The notes below the pieces were generated by a model that did not search any database, had not been told where the DNA came from, and worked only from the letters and a program-made list of their open reading frames with translations. Both the position numbers and the translations under genes were made by a program. From Planctomycetaceae bacterium (GTDB lineage Bacteria; Planctomycetota; Planctomycetia; Planctomycetales; Planctomycetaceae): a stretch of 43,201 nucleotides of DNA. The stretch spans positions 1-43,201 of the forward strand of contig DASPSM010000016.1 of assembly GCA_035623955.1 (NCBI GenBank), written 5' to 3'. Shown here one piece after another: positions 34,589 to 43,201 of the stretch (the stretch's first letter is position 1; every line of letters begins with the position of its first letter).

Positions 34589-37263
34589 AGCGCGCGATGG
34601 GCTCGAACAGTGTTTGCTCTGTCTTGCGCCGGTTTGCGCGGGTCGCAGCGATCCCGAGTGTTGGCCTGTTCGTGTTGCTGGGGCTGCTGCTCGGGCCGGC
34701 GAGCGCGTTCCAGGGGCCAGGCATTCCCGGTCAACGCCAGAAGGCTCCGCGCGCCGCCAAAAAAAGCAAAGAGCCGCCGTCAAAACCCTCTCAGAAAGAC
34801 AAGAAGGAGAAGAGCGAGACGGAAGACGACGACACGAAGGGCACCGACTCAAAAGAGAAAAAGGACTCTGGCGAATCCAAACGACTGAAGGACATCAAGA
34901 GCCAGCAGAAACTCCCGAAGCTCGCGGATCTTCCGATCCCCTCCGTCGCCGAGCTGAATCAGCAACCGGTCGATTGGTTGGTGCTCGACAGCAATAACAA
35001 GGCCAACCCCGACGTCCTGATCGCCAAGCCGGTGTTTCCCCGTCCCGACACGTTGAAAAAGCTGGCCGACGCGCTCGATGAGCTGAAAAGGAGGCCGCGG
35101 CCGACCACTCCCGATGAGCGAGAGAAGCTGGAGATTCAAAAGGCTGACGTGCAAAAGATCCTCGTCACGCTTCCGGAGGATGCATCGGGTCAGATCTACG
35201 AAATCCCCACGGAGAAGGTCGACCGGATCATCTATCACGAGGATCTCACCATCCGCCGGGCAACCTTGCTTGCCGAAGAGAAGAAATTCCGCGACGCGCT
35301 CGAATTGCTCTATCCACTCCAGCGAACCGTGCCCAAGTGGAAAGGACTGGAGGACGAGTCGCGGCGGATGTTGATGAGCGAGGCCGAATCGACTCTTCAC
35401 GGTGGCGATTTTCAGACGGGTTTGATGTCGCTGATGGAGCTCCACGCGCGCGACCGCAACTATCCCGGGCTGCAAACTCAGCTTGGCCGGGTGACCGACA
35501 AGCTGATTGAAACCGCCCGGCAATCTCATGACGACCGGGAAGCCCGTCACTACGTCGCCCAGTTGGCGCGACTCGAGCCCGAGCACGAGACGGTTGAAAA
35601 ATGGAAGCGAGCACTGAACGCCGAGGCGCAGGACCTGATGGCCTCCGCCCTCGACGCAGCTCGCAACGGGCGCTACGCCGAAGCGGTCGACGCGATCGAT
35701 CGAGCGGCTCGCGTCTGGCCCAAGGCGGTCGGCCTGGCGGAGGCGCATCGCAAAATCTGCGAGCGGTACCAGCGGCTCTCGGTCGGGGCCATGACCCTGG
35801 CCGGCGGTGGCGCCGGGCTGCCAGTCCCGACGCTTGCCGATCAGCGCGCCACGCGACTGGAGCAGTTTGACTTGTTCGAGGTCGATCGGATCGACGACAC
35901 CACACATTACCGCAGCCGACTTTTGGAACAGTGGGAGCCGACCGACTTGGGGCGTCGCGCGTTCTTTACGCTGCGCCGGAGCTCCGCGCGCTGGGAGTCG
36001 CGGCCCAGCTTGAATGCCGTTTCGGTCATGTCCACAATGCGGGCGCTGATCGATCGTTCGAGTCCCGCTTTCGACGAACGCTTCGCCAGCTACGTCGATG
36101 GAATCGAGCTCCGCTCGCCGCTGGAGCTGGAGGTGCGTTTTTCCCGCGCGCCGCCGCGGATGGAGCCGCTGTTTTGTTTTCCGATTTCGGCTCCTGGCGG
36201 CGCGGGGACGAACTTCGATCGGCAGTCGGGACTTGGGCCCGTCTTATCGCGGCGCTTCGAGTGCGCCGAGCGGTCTCCCGACAGGTCCCGGTTTCGCCGG
36301 CTGTTTCCCCAACCGGATGGATTGGATCAGTACCAGCTCGCCGAGATCGACGAGCGCCGCTACGATTCGCCGCAGCGCGAGATTCAAGCGCTCTTGCGGG
36401 GTGATGTCTCGATGCTGCTCGACCTCCCGCCGTGGGCAATCAGCCCACTGCGCAAAGACACTCGCTTTTTCGTGCTCGACTACGCGATCCCCACGACCCA
36501 CGTTTTGCAGCTGAATCCCAACAGTCAGCCGCTCAAGAGCCGCGAGCTGCGGCTCGCACTTTCCTACGCCATCGACGCGCAGCGGATCCTCTCGCGACAG
36601 ATTCTGCACGCTGCCGATTCCACTGCCGGGCGACTCAGCACGGCTCCGTTCGCGACGACCAGCTACGCCTACAACGGCCTCTTGCCGCGGCGCGAGTTCA
36701 GCGCCAGCATGGCGTTCAGCCTGAACGCGGTCGCACTCAAGAGGCTGCAAGAGATTCCGCCGCTGCGCCTGGTTTGCGAAAACGATCCCCAGGCCCGATC
36801 CGCTGCCGCCGAAATCATCGCGCAATGGAAGCGTGTGGGGATCGTCGCTCAGCTCGTATCGCCCGAGCCGCAGTCGGGCTCCGGGCAAGCCGCTCAAAGT
36901 CCGCTCGAGTGGGACATTGCCTATCGCAAGCTGAGGATGGAGGAGCCGGTGACCCAGCTTTGGCCATTTATTACGGTCAATTCCGGGGCGCGCTTGGAGA
37001 GCGTGCGCGCTTTCCCCGACTGGCTGAGAATGGAGCTGCTCGATCTGGATAACGCTCCCGATTGGAAATCGGCCGTGAGCCGGTTACAGACCTTGCACGC
37101 GCATCTTTATTCCGAAGTCGCGTACATACCTCTGTGGGAGGTCGACGACGCGATCCTGCTGCGAAAAAACGTGCGCGATTTTCCCGCTTACAAGTTCGTC
37201 AACCCGTACCAGGACGTCGAACGGTGGATCGTGCAATCCTGGTTTCCGGAGGACGAACCGTGA
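34585..37263 (+). CDS. Secreted protein: Lys/Glu/Asp-rich region + TPR-like helices + family-5 solute-binding-protein (SBP_bac_5)-like domain
   Basis: The ATG at 34585 overlaps the upstream stop (ATGA). Signal peptide VAAIPSVGLFVLLGLLLGPASAFQ. The SBP5-like pattern is LLEQWEPTDLGRRAFFTLRRSSARWESRPSLNAVSV...VDGIELRSPLELEVRF...LQLNPNSQPLKSRELRLALSYAIDAQRIL. ORF-track start 34543 rejected. Confidence 0.7.
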   Translation: MKRAMGSNSVCSVLRRFARVAAIPSVGLFVLLGLLLGPASAFQGPGIPGQRQKAPRAAKKSKEPPSKPSQKDKKEKSETEDDDTKGTDSKEKKDSGESKRLKDIKSQQKLPKLADLPIPSVAELNQQPVDWLVLDSNNKANPDVLIAKPVFPRPDTLKKLADALDELKRRPRPTTPDEREKLEIQKADVQKILVTLPEDASGQIYEIPTEKVDRIIYHEDLTIRRATLLAEEKKFRDALELLYPLQRTVPKWKGLEDESRRMLMSEAESTLHGGDFQTGLMSLMELHARDRNYPGLQTQLGRVTDKLIETARQSHDDREARHYVAQLARLEPEHETVEKWKRALNAEAQDLMASALDAARNGRYAEAVDAIDRAARVWPKAVGLAEAHRKICERYQRLSVGAMTLAGGGAGLPVPTLADQRATRLEQFDLFEVDRIDDTTHYRSRLLEQWEPTDLGRRAFFTLRRSSARWESRPSLNAVSVMSTMRALIDRSSPAFDERFASYVDGIELRSPLELEVRFSRAPPRMEPLFCFPISAPGGAGTNFDRQSGLGPVLSRRFECAERSPDRSRFRRLFPQPDGLDQYQLAEIDERRYDSPQREIQALLRGDVSMLLDLPPWAISPLRKDTRFFVLDYAIPTTHVLQLNPNSQPLKSRELRLALSYAIDAQRILSRQILHAADSTAGRLSTAPFATTSYAYNGLLPRREFSASMAFSLNAVALKRLQEIPPLRLVCENDPQARSAAAEIIAQWKRVGIVAQLVSPEPQSGSGQAAQSPLEWDIAYRKLRMEEPVTQLWPFITVNSGARLESVRAFPDWLRMELLDLDNAPDWKSAVSRLQTLHAHLYSEVAYIPLWEVDDAILLRKNVRDFPAYKFVNPYQDVERWIVQSWFPEDEP

Positions 37264-38945
37264 GAGTGGGCCCCACTTTCGCGATCCTTGGGCTGATCAT
37301 CGCCGCTCCGGTGCCCTCTCGAGGAGCGAGCGACGCGGCGCCGCTGGGTCGCGTCGATTATTTGCCTTATCAGGTCTCGGTCTCGGTCGCTTTCTCGCGC
37401 GATACCGAGATCACCGAGACCTTTCGACGGACGGTCTGCTCGACGCTGCGAACGCGCCTCGAACAGACATTCGGGGCGACCTGGATTTTTCCTCCGGGAG
37501 CGGACGTCGTCCCAAACGACCGCCTGGTCCCGCCGAACGAATCGGGCCTGGAGCGGCTGACTCACTCCGTCGCGGCCGAGCAGTTCGCTGGCTTCGCTTG
37601 CGACAAGGCCTACTTCCTGACGGTCAGTCGCCGCGGACCGAAATGGTTCGTTAGCGGGCGCGAATGGGACGGAACTCTGCGATCGCTGGGCCCGCCGGCC
37701 TCGGAAACGACGACGGATCGCGGAAGCGTTGCGGACGCCGCTCTCGCCGTCATTACACGGATTTTCTCGCCGCTATTGATCGTAGACGATGCGGATCGCG
37801 ACTCGAAATCGGCCGTCCTGACCATTCGCGCGGGATCGATTCCCTATGGCGATCCGAAATTCCAGCCGCTCAAAGCCGGGGACATTCTGCAGCCCGTCTT
37901 TCGTTTCCTCGACTCGAAGCACGCCGTCCGCAGCATCCAGTCCGTTCCCTGGACCTATCTGGTGCTGGGCCCGGACCCAAAAAATGGTCGCAGCCAGGTG
38001 CGGGCATCGGTCGTCAGTTCGTATCGCGCTCCGCTGGCGGCCAACATGCGGCGTCGGGTCGAAGCGATCGCCGTGAGAGTGCGCCCAGAGTTTCCCGCGA
38101 CGCGTCTCACGCTCGTTGCCGGAAAAGATCCACCACAGCCGCAAGCCGGGCTGTTCGTAACCGTAAGCGAGCTTGCGCCCGGAACCGCCGGCGGCAAGTC
38201 GTCAGCCAGGCCGGCGGCCGACTCACCCAGGCCGGCCGAGGCCGCCGGGAGTCGGCTCCTGAGCGATCGCTACGGAGAAGTCACCATCCCCGTCGACCCA
38301 CAGCAGCCGATCGTAAGACTGGAGGTGCACAGCGGAGGCGCGATCCTGGCGCGGCGGCCTTTCATGCCGGGTCTCGAACCAGATGTGACGCTGCAGGTGG
38401 CCGACGACCGCGTGCGGCTGGGCGCCGAGCGAGAGGTCGACATTCTCGAAAGCCAGTTGATCGAGACCGTGGCGAGGCGCGGCGCGCTGATGGCGCGAAC
38501 CCGGGCCGCCATCAAGCGCACGGACGTCAGTAGCGCGCAGAAACTGCTGGCGGAGGTCGACCGCCTCCCCCCGGCCGACGAATACCTCGGGCAGCTCAAC
38601 AAGATCCGCGTCCTGGCACTCGAAGAGGCACACAACCGCAAGGACCGAGTGTCCGAACGCCGGATCGAGGACCTGTGCCAGAAGACGCTCGACCGCATCA
38701 CGCAATACCTGTCGGACGACCGCGTGGCGACGTTCAAAGAGGAAGTCGCACAGTTGTTGAACGCCAAAAAGGTCGAGACCCAGCAACTGCAAGCGCCGAT
38801 GCACCGTGACGAGAACGCTGCGCCGCGCGAAGCGAGCGCTCAGCCGGCGGCGAACGCACCGCTTCGTCGGCGCTCTCCAGACGAGCTGAAGCCGCCTGCC
38901 AAGAAGGAACCGGCGAATCGCCCCACGGGGGCAGCGGGAATTTAG
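37260..38945 (+). CDS. Secreted protein of unknown function with C-terminal coiled-coil and Pro/Lys-rich tail
   Basis: The GTG at 37260 overlaps the upstream stop (GTGA at 37260-37263). Signal peptide-like RVGPTFAILGLIIAAPVPSRGA. Heptad-like helical region REVDILESQLIETVARRGALMART...EEVAQLLNAKKVETQQLQ. ORF-track start 37062 would lie inside the upstream gene. Confidence 0.6.
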   Translation: MRVGPTFAILGLIIAAPVPSRGASDAAPLGRVDYLPYQVSVSVAFSRDTEITETFRRTVCSTLRTRLEQTFGATWIFPPGADVVPNDRLVPPNESGLERLTHSVAAEQFAGFACDKAYFLTVSRRGPKWFVSGREWDGTLRSLGPPASETTTDRGSVADAALAVITRIFSPLLIVDDADRDSKSAVLTIRAGSIPYGDPKFQPLKAGDILQPVFRFLDSKHAVRSIQSVPWTYLVLGPDPKNGRSQVRASVVSSYRAPLAANMRRRVEAIAVRVRPEFPATRLTLVAGKDPPQPQAGLFVTVSELAPGTAGGKSSARPAADSPRPAEAAGSRLLSDRYGEVTIPVDPQQPIVRLEVHSGGAILARRPFMPGLEPDVTLQVADDRVRLGAEREVDILESQLIETVARRGALMARTRAAIKRTDVSSAQKLLAEVDRLPPADEYLGQLNKIRVLALEEAHNRKDRVSERRIEDLCQKTLDRITQYLSDDRVATFKEEVAQLLNAKKVETQQLQAPMHRDENAAPREASAQPAANAPLRRRSPDELKPPAKKEPANRPTGAAGI

Positions 38946-38983
38946 ACTCGATTAGTCCGCCACGACCGCGAGCCCAACTTGAG

Positions 38984-39796
38984 TCAAAGCACTTCCCGCG
39001 GCGGACGTTCGAGCGGCCGGCGGCGAGTGACCGAGTGCCTCAATTCACGGAAGACGAGCCCGGGAAGGGCCAGGCCGTCGCGGAAGTAACGGCCGGAGAG
39101 CCTCCGAGGCTCAAGCGCGACGCGGTGCACCCATTCCAAGCCGGACCGACGCATCCAACGCGGCGCGCGGTGCTGCTCGCCGGCCAGAAAATCGATCGTT
39201 GCGCCGACGCACAGGGCAATCTTCGCACGAATGCGGTCCCGGTGTTGGTGGACCCACAGCTCCTGCTTGGGGGCCCCGAGCCCCACGATCAGTACGTCGG
39301 GCTCCGCGGCTGCGATCTGCGCGAGAATCCGCGAGTTCTCGGCTTCGTCCTCCTCAAAGCCGGGCGGTGGACTGTCTCCGCCCACCACGCGAATCCCTGG
39401 CCAGCGCTCTTGGACGACCTTGACGGCCCGCCGGTTCACCTCGGGTCGCGCTCCCAGCAAGTACACGCGAACAGGCGCGTCCGCCCGGGCCCGTTCGAAG
39501 AGCTGTGGGACCAGGTCGCTGCCGGCCACACGTTCCGGCACGCCCCGTCCGAGCATCCTCGCAATCAGCACGATCGGCATGCCGTCGGCAAGCACAAAAT
39601 CGGCCTCGGCGTAGACGCGCGCGAATTGAGCGTGCCGCTGCAGGAGCACGGCGTGATTCACGTTGGGCGTGACCACGTACCGGCAACGGCCAGGGCCGGG
39701 CGAAGCGATCCATTCGCACAGTTCGTCGACCGCCTCGGTCATCCGGCAGGGGTGCAGGTTGATTCCGAAGAGCTCAACCGGCTCGGGAATCGCCAT
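38984..39796 (-). CDS. WecG/TagA/CpsF family (GT26) glycosyltransferase
   Basis: VVTPNVNHAVLL, VLADGMPIV, VAGSDLVPQL, VYLLGARPEV, LIVGLGAPKQELW are characteristic of Glyco_tran_WecG. Confidence 0.85.
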   Translation of the reverse strand: MAIPEPVELFGINLHPCRMTEAVDELCEWIASPGPGRCRYVVTPNVNHAVLLQRHAQFARVYAEADFVLADGMPIVLIARMLGRGVPERVAGSDLVPQLFERARADAPVRVYLLGARPEVNRRAVKVVQERWPGIRVVGGDSPPPGFEEDEAENSRILAQIAAAEPDVLIVGLGAPKQELWVHQHRDRIRAKIALCVGATIDFLAGEQHRAPRWMRRSGLEWVHRVALEPRRLSGRYFRDGLALPGLVFRELRHSVTRRRPLERPPREVL

Positions 39797-40030
39797 GCAG
39801 AATTTCCCGTGCCTTTCGCCCGCGTCTTTTCACTCGGTCACCGGCCCGCTAAACTCGGCAAGATTATTTAAGCGACGCAGAGTTTGCAAGCTGTGATGAA
39901 AGACGACGCAAGGTTCCTGGCGTCGACGCGCGAGATTTCCGCCGTGGTTCTTGACGACCTGCCCAGCGGGCCAACCGCTGTCGGAGTTCCCGCTCGGATC
40001 GTCTATTCCAGCTGACGGATCACCCGGTCG

Positions 40031-41296
40031 ATGCGCGTCGCCTATTTGGTCAATCAGTACCCCAAAGTCAGCCACGCTTTCATTCGACGCGAGATTCGCG
40101 CGCTCGAAAAGCTGGGCGTTTCGGTCGAGCGGATTTCTCTGCGCAAAACCCTCGAACAGCTCGTCGATCCGGAAGATCGGCTCGAATGCGAGCGGACTTA
40201 TGTCGTTCTCTCACGCGGCGCCGCCGGCTTGCTGATCGCACTTGTCGGCGGACTCGTCACGCGCCCAGCTGCGTTTCTGCGGGCGGCGCGAGTGGCGGTC
40301 CGGCTTGCCCGGCGCGCTTCGCAGCCTTGGAAGCACCTGGCCTATTTGGCCGAGGCGTGCGCTTTGGCGATCAAGTATCGGGCGATGCCGCCCGAACACA
40401 TCCACGCCCATTTCGGGACCAATTCCGCCGCGGTTGCGCTGTTGTGGAGCACGCTTGCAGGAATCCCCTTCAGTTTTACCGTCCACGGGCCCGAGGAATT
40501 CGATCGACCCGAGAGTCTGGGGCTCGACATCAAGATTGCCCAGGCGCGATTCGTCGTCGCCGTCAGTTATTTCGGTCGCAGTCAGTTGATGCGCTGGTGC
40601 CCGGCCGACCAGTGGGAGAAGCTGCACGTCATCCACTGTGGAGTCGACGACAGCTTTCTCGACCCAATCCAGGCCTCGCCCGTGCCCGACGTTGCCCGTC
40701 TGGTCTGTGTTGGACGCCTGTGCGAGCAAAAAGGGCACGGAGTCCTGATCGAGGCCGCTGCAAGACTCGCCGAAGATGGAGAGCCGTTTGACCTGGTGCT
40801 CGTGGGAGACGGGCCACTGCGGGCCGAGATCGAAAAGCTGGTGCAGCAGCGCGGGCTACGCGGCGTGCGGATCACCGGTTGGAAAAGCGGTCTCGAAGTG
40901 ACTCGGGAGATTCTGGCCGCGCGCGCGTTCGTGCTGCCGAGTTTCGCGGAAGGCTTGCCCGTTGTGATCATGGAAGCGTTGGCGTTGCAGCGCCCTGTGA
41001 TTTCCACCTACGTTGCGGGCATTCCAGAGCTCGTCACGCCAGGCGTCTGCGGGTGGCTGGTGCCAGCGGGAAGCGTTGATGACCTGTGCGAGGCGATTCG
41101 CGCAGCACTCCATACGCCCACCGAGCGACTCGAAGCAATGGGGGAAATGGGGGCTTTACGGGTTCGGCAGCATCACGCTGCTTTGATCGAAGCTGAAAAA
41201 CTCAGCAAGCTGCTTTTCGGGGCCGCGAGCGTCGCGACGATTTCAAAGACGGAATCGCGCCGGGCGTTGCACATCAGTTCAAAAAGTTCACCGTAA
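40031..41296 (+). CDS. GT4-family (GT-B) glycosyltransferase, WcaL/exopolysaccharide type
   Basis: N-terminus MRVAYLVNQYPKVSHAFIRREIRALEKLG. C-terminal domain LVCVGRLCEQKGH...LVGDGPLR...FVLPSFAEGLPVVIMEALALQRPVIST (E-x7-E region). Confidence 0.85.
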   Translation: MRVAYLVNQYPKVSHAFIRREIRALEKLGVSVERISLRKTLEQLVDPEDRLECERTYVVLSRGAAGLLIALVGGLVTRPAAFLRAARVAVRLARRASQPWKHLAYLAEACALAIKYRAMPPEHIHAHFGTNSAAVALLWSTLAGIPFSFTVHGPEEFDRPESLGLDIKIAQARFVVAVSYFGRSQLMRWCPADQWEKLHVIHCGVDDSFLDPIQASPVPDVARLVCVGRLCEQKGHGVLIEAAARLAEDGEPFDLVLVGDGPLRAEIEKLVQQRGLRGVRITGWKSGLEVTREILAARAFVLPSFAEGLPVVIMEALALQRPVISTYVAGIPELVTPGVCGWLVPAGSVDDLCEAIRAALHTPTERLEAMGEMGALRVRQHHAALIEAEKLSKLLFGAASVATISKTESRRALHISSKSSP

Positions 41297-41330
41297 TCTG
41301 CGACCTTGCACTTCTGACGCCGTCGTTGCT

Positions 41331-41378
41331 CTCGTCGAGCGAGACCGCAAGCTTACCCTCGGTCGCTGACTCGACGAG
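41331..41378 (+). terminator. Imperfect long hairpin downstream of the GT4 gene (terminator-like, no U-tract)
   Basis: CTCGTCGAG (41331-41339) pairs with CTCGACGAG (41370-41378). Inner GACCG/CGGTC pairing. Located 35 nt after the stop at 41296. Confidence 0.3.
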
Positions 41379-41673
41379 TGCCGCGCCGCCCAATGGGATC
41401 CGCGAAGCATTGATCCCTGTGGACCCGCATGCGGTCTCTGGCAGGTCGCCCGCAATTGACCTGTAACAGTCAGAATCTTGGCTGACGAAACGGTTCGCGG
41501 GACGGATCGAAGTGGCTAGCGCCCGCAGCGCCGGAGTATTACGGAATCTCAACCAACTGCACAGTCTTCGTAACAAGAAGATTTTGCCCAGAGGGAATTG
41601 ACAGCCATCCTGAAACCTGTAGGATGGCGCACAGCTTACGGGCCAGGATGCCGTGCCATTCGAGGGAGTGGAC

Positions 41674-42390
41674 ATGCCAAAAGTTCTGCGATGGATCGTC
41701 CCCGGTCTTGCGATCAGCTGCCTGGTCGTGAGCCCCTCAGCCGTCGAAGCGGGCTTCATCGCCTCGACGACCGGCGCGATCGACGTCATCTCCCCGCCCG
41801 CGTCAGCACTCCCAGGGAAACTGGTTTCCAACGACTATCAAGCGTGGGACGAATCGACGGGAAAGCTTTCCTCACCTCTTCAGGTCGACATGCTGGGCCA
41901 GCCTGGCTCTTACGACGGGTTATCCAGGTTCACAGCACTTTCCGGGACGCTCGCCGCCGGGACGAAATACGACTCGGTCATGGTCCAGTTGGATCCGAAG
42001 ACGACGTTTCCCGCCCAGAGCCCGATCGCCTCGATCACTTTCACCGGCAAAATCATCGGTTTGGCGCTGTTTGGGCCGTCGCTCGACGCCAGCGACATTT
42101 ATGGAAGCCCAACAACGGTGTATCCGCACGGTCTGCCGGGGATCGGCACACAGGGGCGCGGGATTAATCGAACGCACGAAAATCGCTTTTCGATCACGAA
42201 CAATGGCCTGACGCTCAACTTGCAGCTGACGGCGGGCTTTGGCGGGTTTGAGGAGATGCGGATTTTCTGCGCGCCGGCCGTGGCCAGCGTTCCCGAACCG
42301 TTTTCGCTGGCGATCTGGTCCGGAGTTGGGCTCGTTCTGGTCCTTAAGAGGAGGTCGCTGACCAGGAGCAAGACGCCTGTCCTCCCGTGA
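41674..42390 (+). CDS. PEP-CTERM sorting-domain secreted protein
   Basis: Signal peptide MPKVLRWIVPGLAISCLVVSPSAVEA. C-terminal VPEPFSLAIWSGVGLVLVLKRR (PEP motif + TM + basic cluster). GGGAG lies 5 nt before ATG 41674. ORF-track start 41653 is GTG. Confidence 0.8.
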   Translation: MPKVLRWIVPGLAISCLVVSPSAVEAGFIASTTGAIDVISPPASALPGKLVSNDYQAWDESTGKLSSPLQVDMLGQPGSYDGLSRFTALSGTLAAGTKYDSVMVQLDPKTTFPAQSPIASITFTGKIIGLALFGPSLDASDIYGSPTTVYPHGLPGIGTQGRGINRTHENRFSITNNGLTLNLQLTAGFGGFEEMRIFCAPAVASVPEPFSLAIWSGVGLVLVLKRRSLTRSKTPVLP

Positions 42391-42490
42391 ACGTACGGTC
42401 GATGAGGCGCGGGCATCGGGAATCGAATTCCCTTTGCGGCACGGGATTTGAGACTCTCGTGAAATTTGGCAAAATTTGCGGGCGACAGGC

Positions 42491-42519
42491 TTGACGAAGG
42501 GATAGTCAGTCTTTATTGT
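42491..42519 (+). promoter_or_regulatory. Candidate sigma70-like promoter for the second PEP-CTERM-family gene
   Basis: TTGACG (42491-42496), 17-nt spacer, TATTGT (42514-42519). This implies a leader of about 185 nt before ATG 42707. Motif match only. Confidence 0.3.
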
Positions 42520-42706
42520 GATCGCGGGTCAATGGCCACGCGGGGGGACTCCTGGCGTGGCGTGGATGTGTTCATTCGGGTCAATGAGGCACACCGAAGT
42601 ATCATCCCACGCGGATGAGTCTGGTCTCGAGTAATCGGACACCTGACAGGAAGCGGGCAAAGCACTCAATCTGACGAAACAATCGACTCGTAATGGGGAA
42701 GGATCT

Positions 42707-43201
42707 ATGAGAAAGCTCTTAGTCGGTTTTTCCGCCCTGGGCGTGCTGTTCTGCGCCGCGCCTGCTTTCGCGGGGTTCGCCATCTCGGCAACCGGCAACG
42801 TTCCGCCGACGCTTACTGGTTTGGTGACGACACCCATCAATGCGGTTGCGGACACGAGCCTCACCTATCAGATTTGGAACGAGCGGCTGGGCACGCTGAC
42901 ATCCCCGCTGACGCTCACGTCGAACGGCGCCGTCGGCAGCTACAGCGGCACGTCGGCGTTTACTCCGGTGACGCTCCCCAGTGGCACGCCATTCGGCACG
43001 ACCTATATTCAGCTGAATCCCGGCGTTAACGCGATTGTCAAATCGGGCGTGGCCACGATTCTGTTCAGCTCGAAGATCATCGGCCTGGCGCTGAGCCCTT
43101 CCAACCTGATCGCGACGAACGTGTTCGGGGCTCCCGGCACCACCTATTACAGCGGCGGCGGAACCCCGAACAACAACGGCGGAAGCATTGTCGGGAAGAC
43201 C
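42707..43201 (+). CDS. Paralog of the 41674-42390 secreted protein (N-terminal 165 aa; cut by right window edge)
   Basis: Not in the ORF track (no stop in the window). GGGGAAGGA precedes ATG 42707. MRKLLVGFSALGVLFCAAPAFAGFAISATG...YQIWNERLGTLTSPL...ILFSSKIIGLALSPSNL aligns with AGFIASTTG...YQAWDESTGKLSSPL...ITFTGKIIGLALFGPSL of the upstream gene. Confidence 0.75.
   Translation, partial: MRKLLVGFSALGVLFCAAPAFAGFAISATGNVPPTLTGLVTTPINAVADTSLTYQIWNERLGTLTSPLTLTSNGAVGSYSGTSAFTPVTLPSGTPFGTTYIQLNPGVNAIVKSGVATILFSSKIIGLALSPSNLIATNVFGAPGTTYYSGGGTPNNNGGSIVGKT

Noticed and set aside
31472-35907. Several 250-430-aa minus-strand ORFs inside the 30-39 kb operon (31472-32257, 33469-34257, 33569-34852, 34849-35907)
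   Set aside because: They are antisense to frames with FHA, propeller and SBP5-like patterns, and nothing independent supports them.
41274-41831. 185-aa minus-strand ORF spanning the GT4/PEP-CTERM intergenic region
   Set aside because: It overlaps the start of the PEP-CTERM gene in antisense and the GT4 stop region, and it has no motifs or SD.
42520-42706. Riboswitch (for example cyclic-di-GMP class) in the long leader of the second PEP-CTERM-family gene
   Set aside because: I could not recognise any conserved riboswitch core by eye. Only a covariance-model scan (Rfam/Infernal) could support it.
1-43201. Phage-defence island, prophage, integrase, rRNA or tRNA genes
   Set aside because: I saw no nuclease, helicase, ATPase, methylase, integrase or phage structural motifs in any supported frame. 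No tRNA T-arm-like GGTTCGAATCC-type sequence occurs in intergenic regions.

Overview
GC-rich bacterial chromosomal window. Its content points to Planctomycetota: a YTV-type cysteine-rich secreted protein, PEP-CTERM proteins, very large envelope proteins with Pro/Ala-rich tails, and GC-rich palindromic intergenic repeats. The taxon call is inference. I support about 30 protein-coding genes. Two are cut by the window edges and are absent from the supplied ORF track: a delta-9 desaturase at 1-770 (minus) and a PEP-CTERM-family paralog at 42707-43201 (plus). I saw no rRNA, tRNA or CRISPR array. Layout: (i) 1-10 kb, mixed metabolism: desaturase; small HTH protein + YdjC/ChbG-type deacetylase + LarA-N-like protein + TAT-exported molybdopterin oxidoreductase; FGGY kinase + sphingosine-1-phosphate-lyase-like PLP enzyme; acyl-CoA synthetase. 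(ii) 10.4-17.2 kb, envelope proteins: YTV protein, GT2, lipoprotein coupled to a HEAT-repeat giant. (iii) 17.6-29.7 kb, a same-strand lipid-catabolic island: histidine phosphatase + ACAD10/11-like dehydrogenase + APH-type kinase, then FadE-like, FadB, FadA, FadD-like and a divergent FabD-like acyltransferase. (iv) 30.0-38.9 kb, a translationally coupled four-gene envelope operon of unknown function built around an FHA-TM-beta-propeller protein. This is my best candidate for an undescribed system. (v) 39-43.2 kb, exopolysaccharide-type glycosyltransferases and tandem PEP-CTERM paralogs. Non-coding highlights: a 97-99 bp MITE-like element with 29-bp terminal inverted repeats and 9-bp target-site duplications, present twice, one copy nested in the loop of another GC-rich hairpin repeat; a 133-bp palindromic element; and a perfect 22-bp inverted repeat. 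Most long ORFs antisense to the called genes look like high-GC artefacts. All family assignments rest on motifs read by eye, with no searches run.
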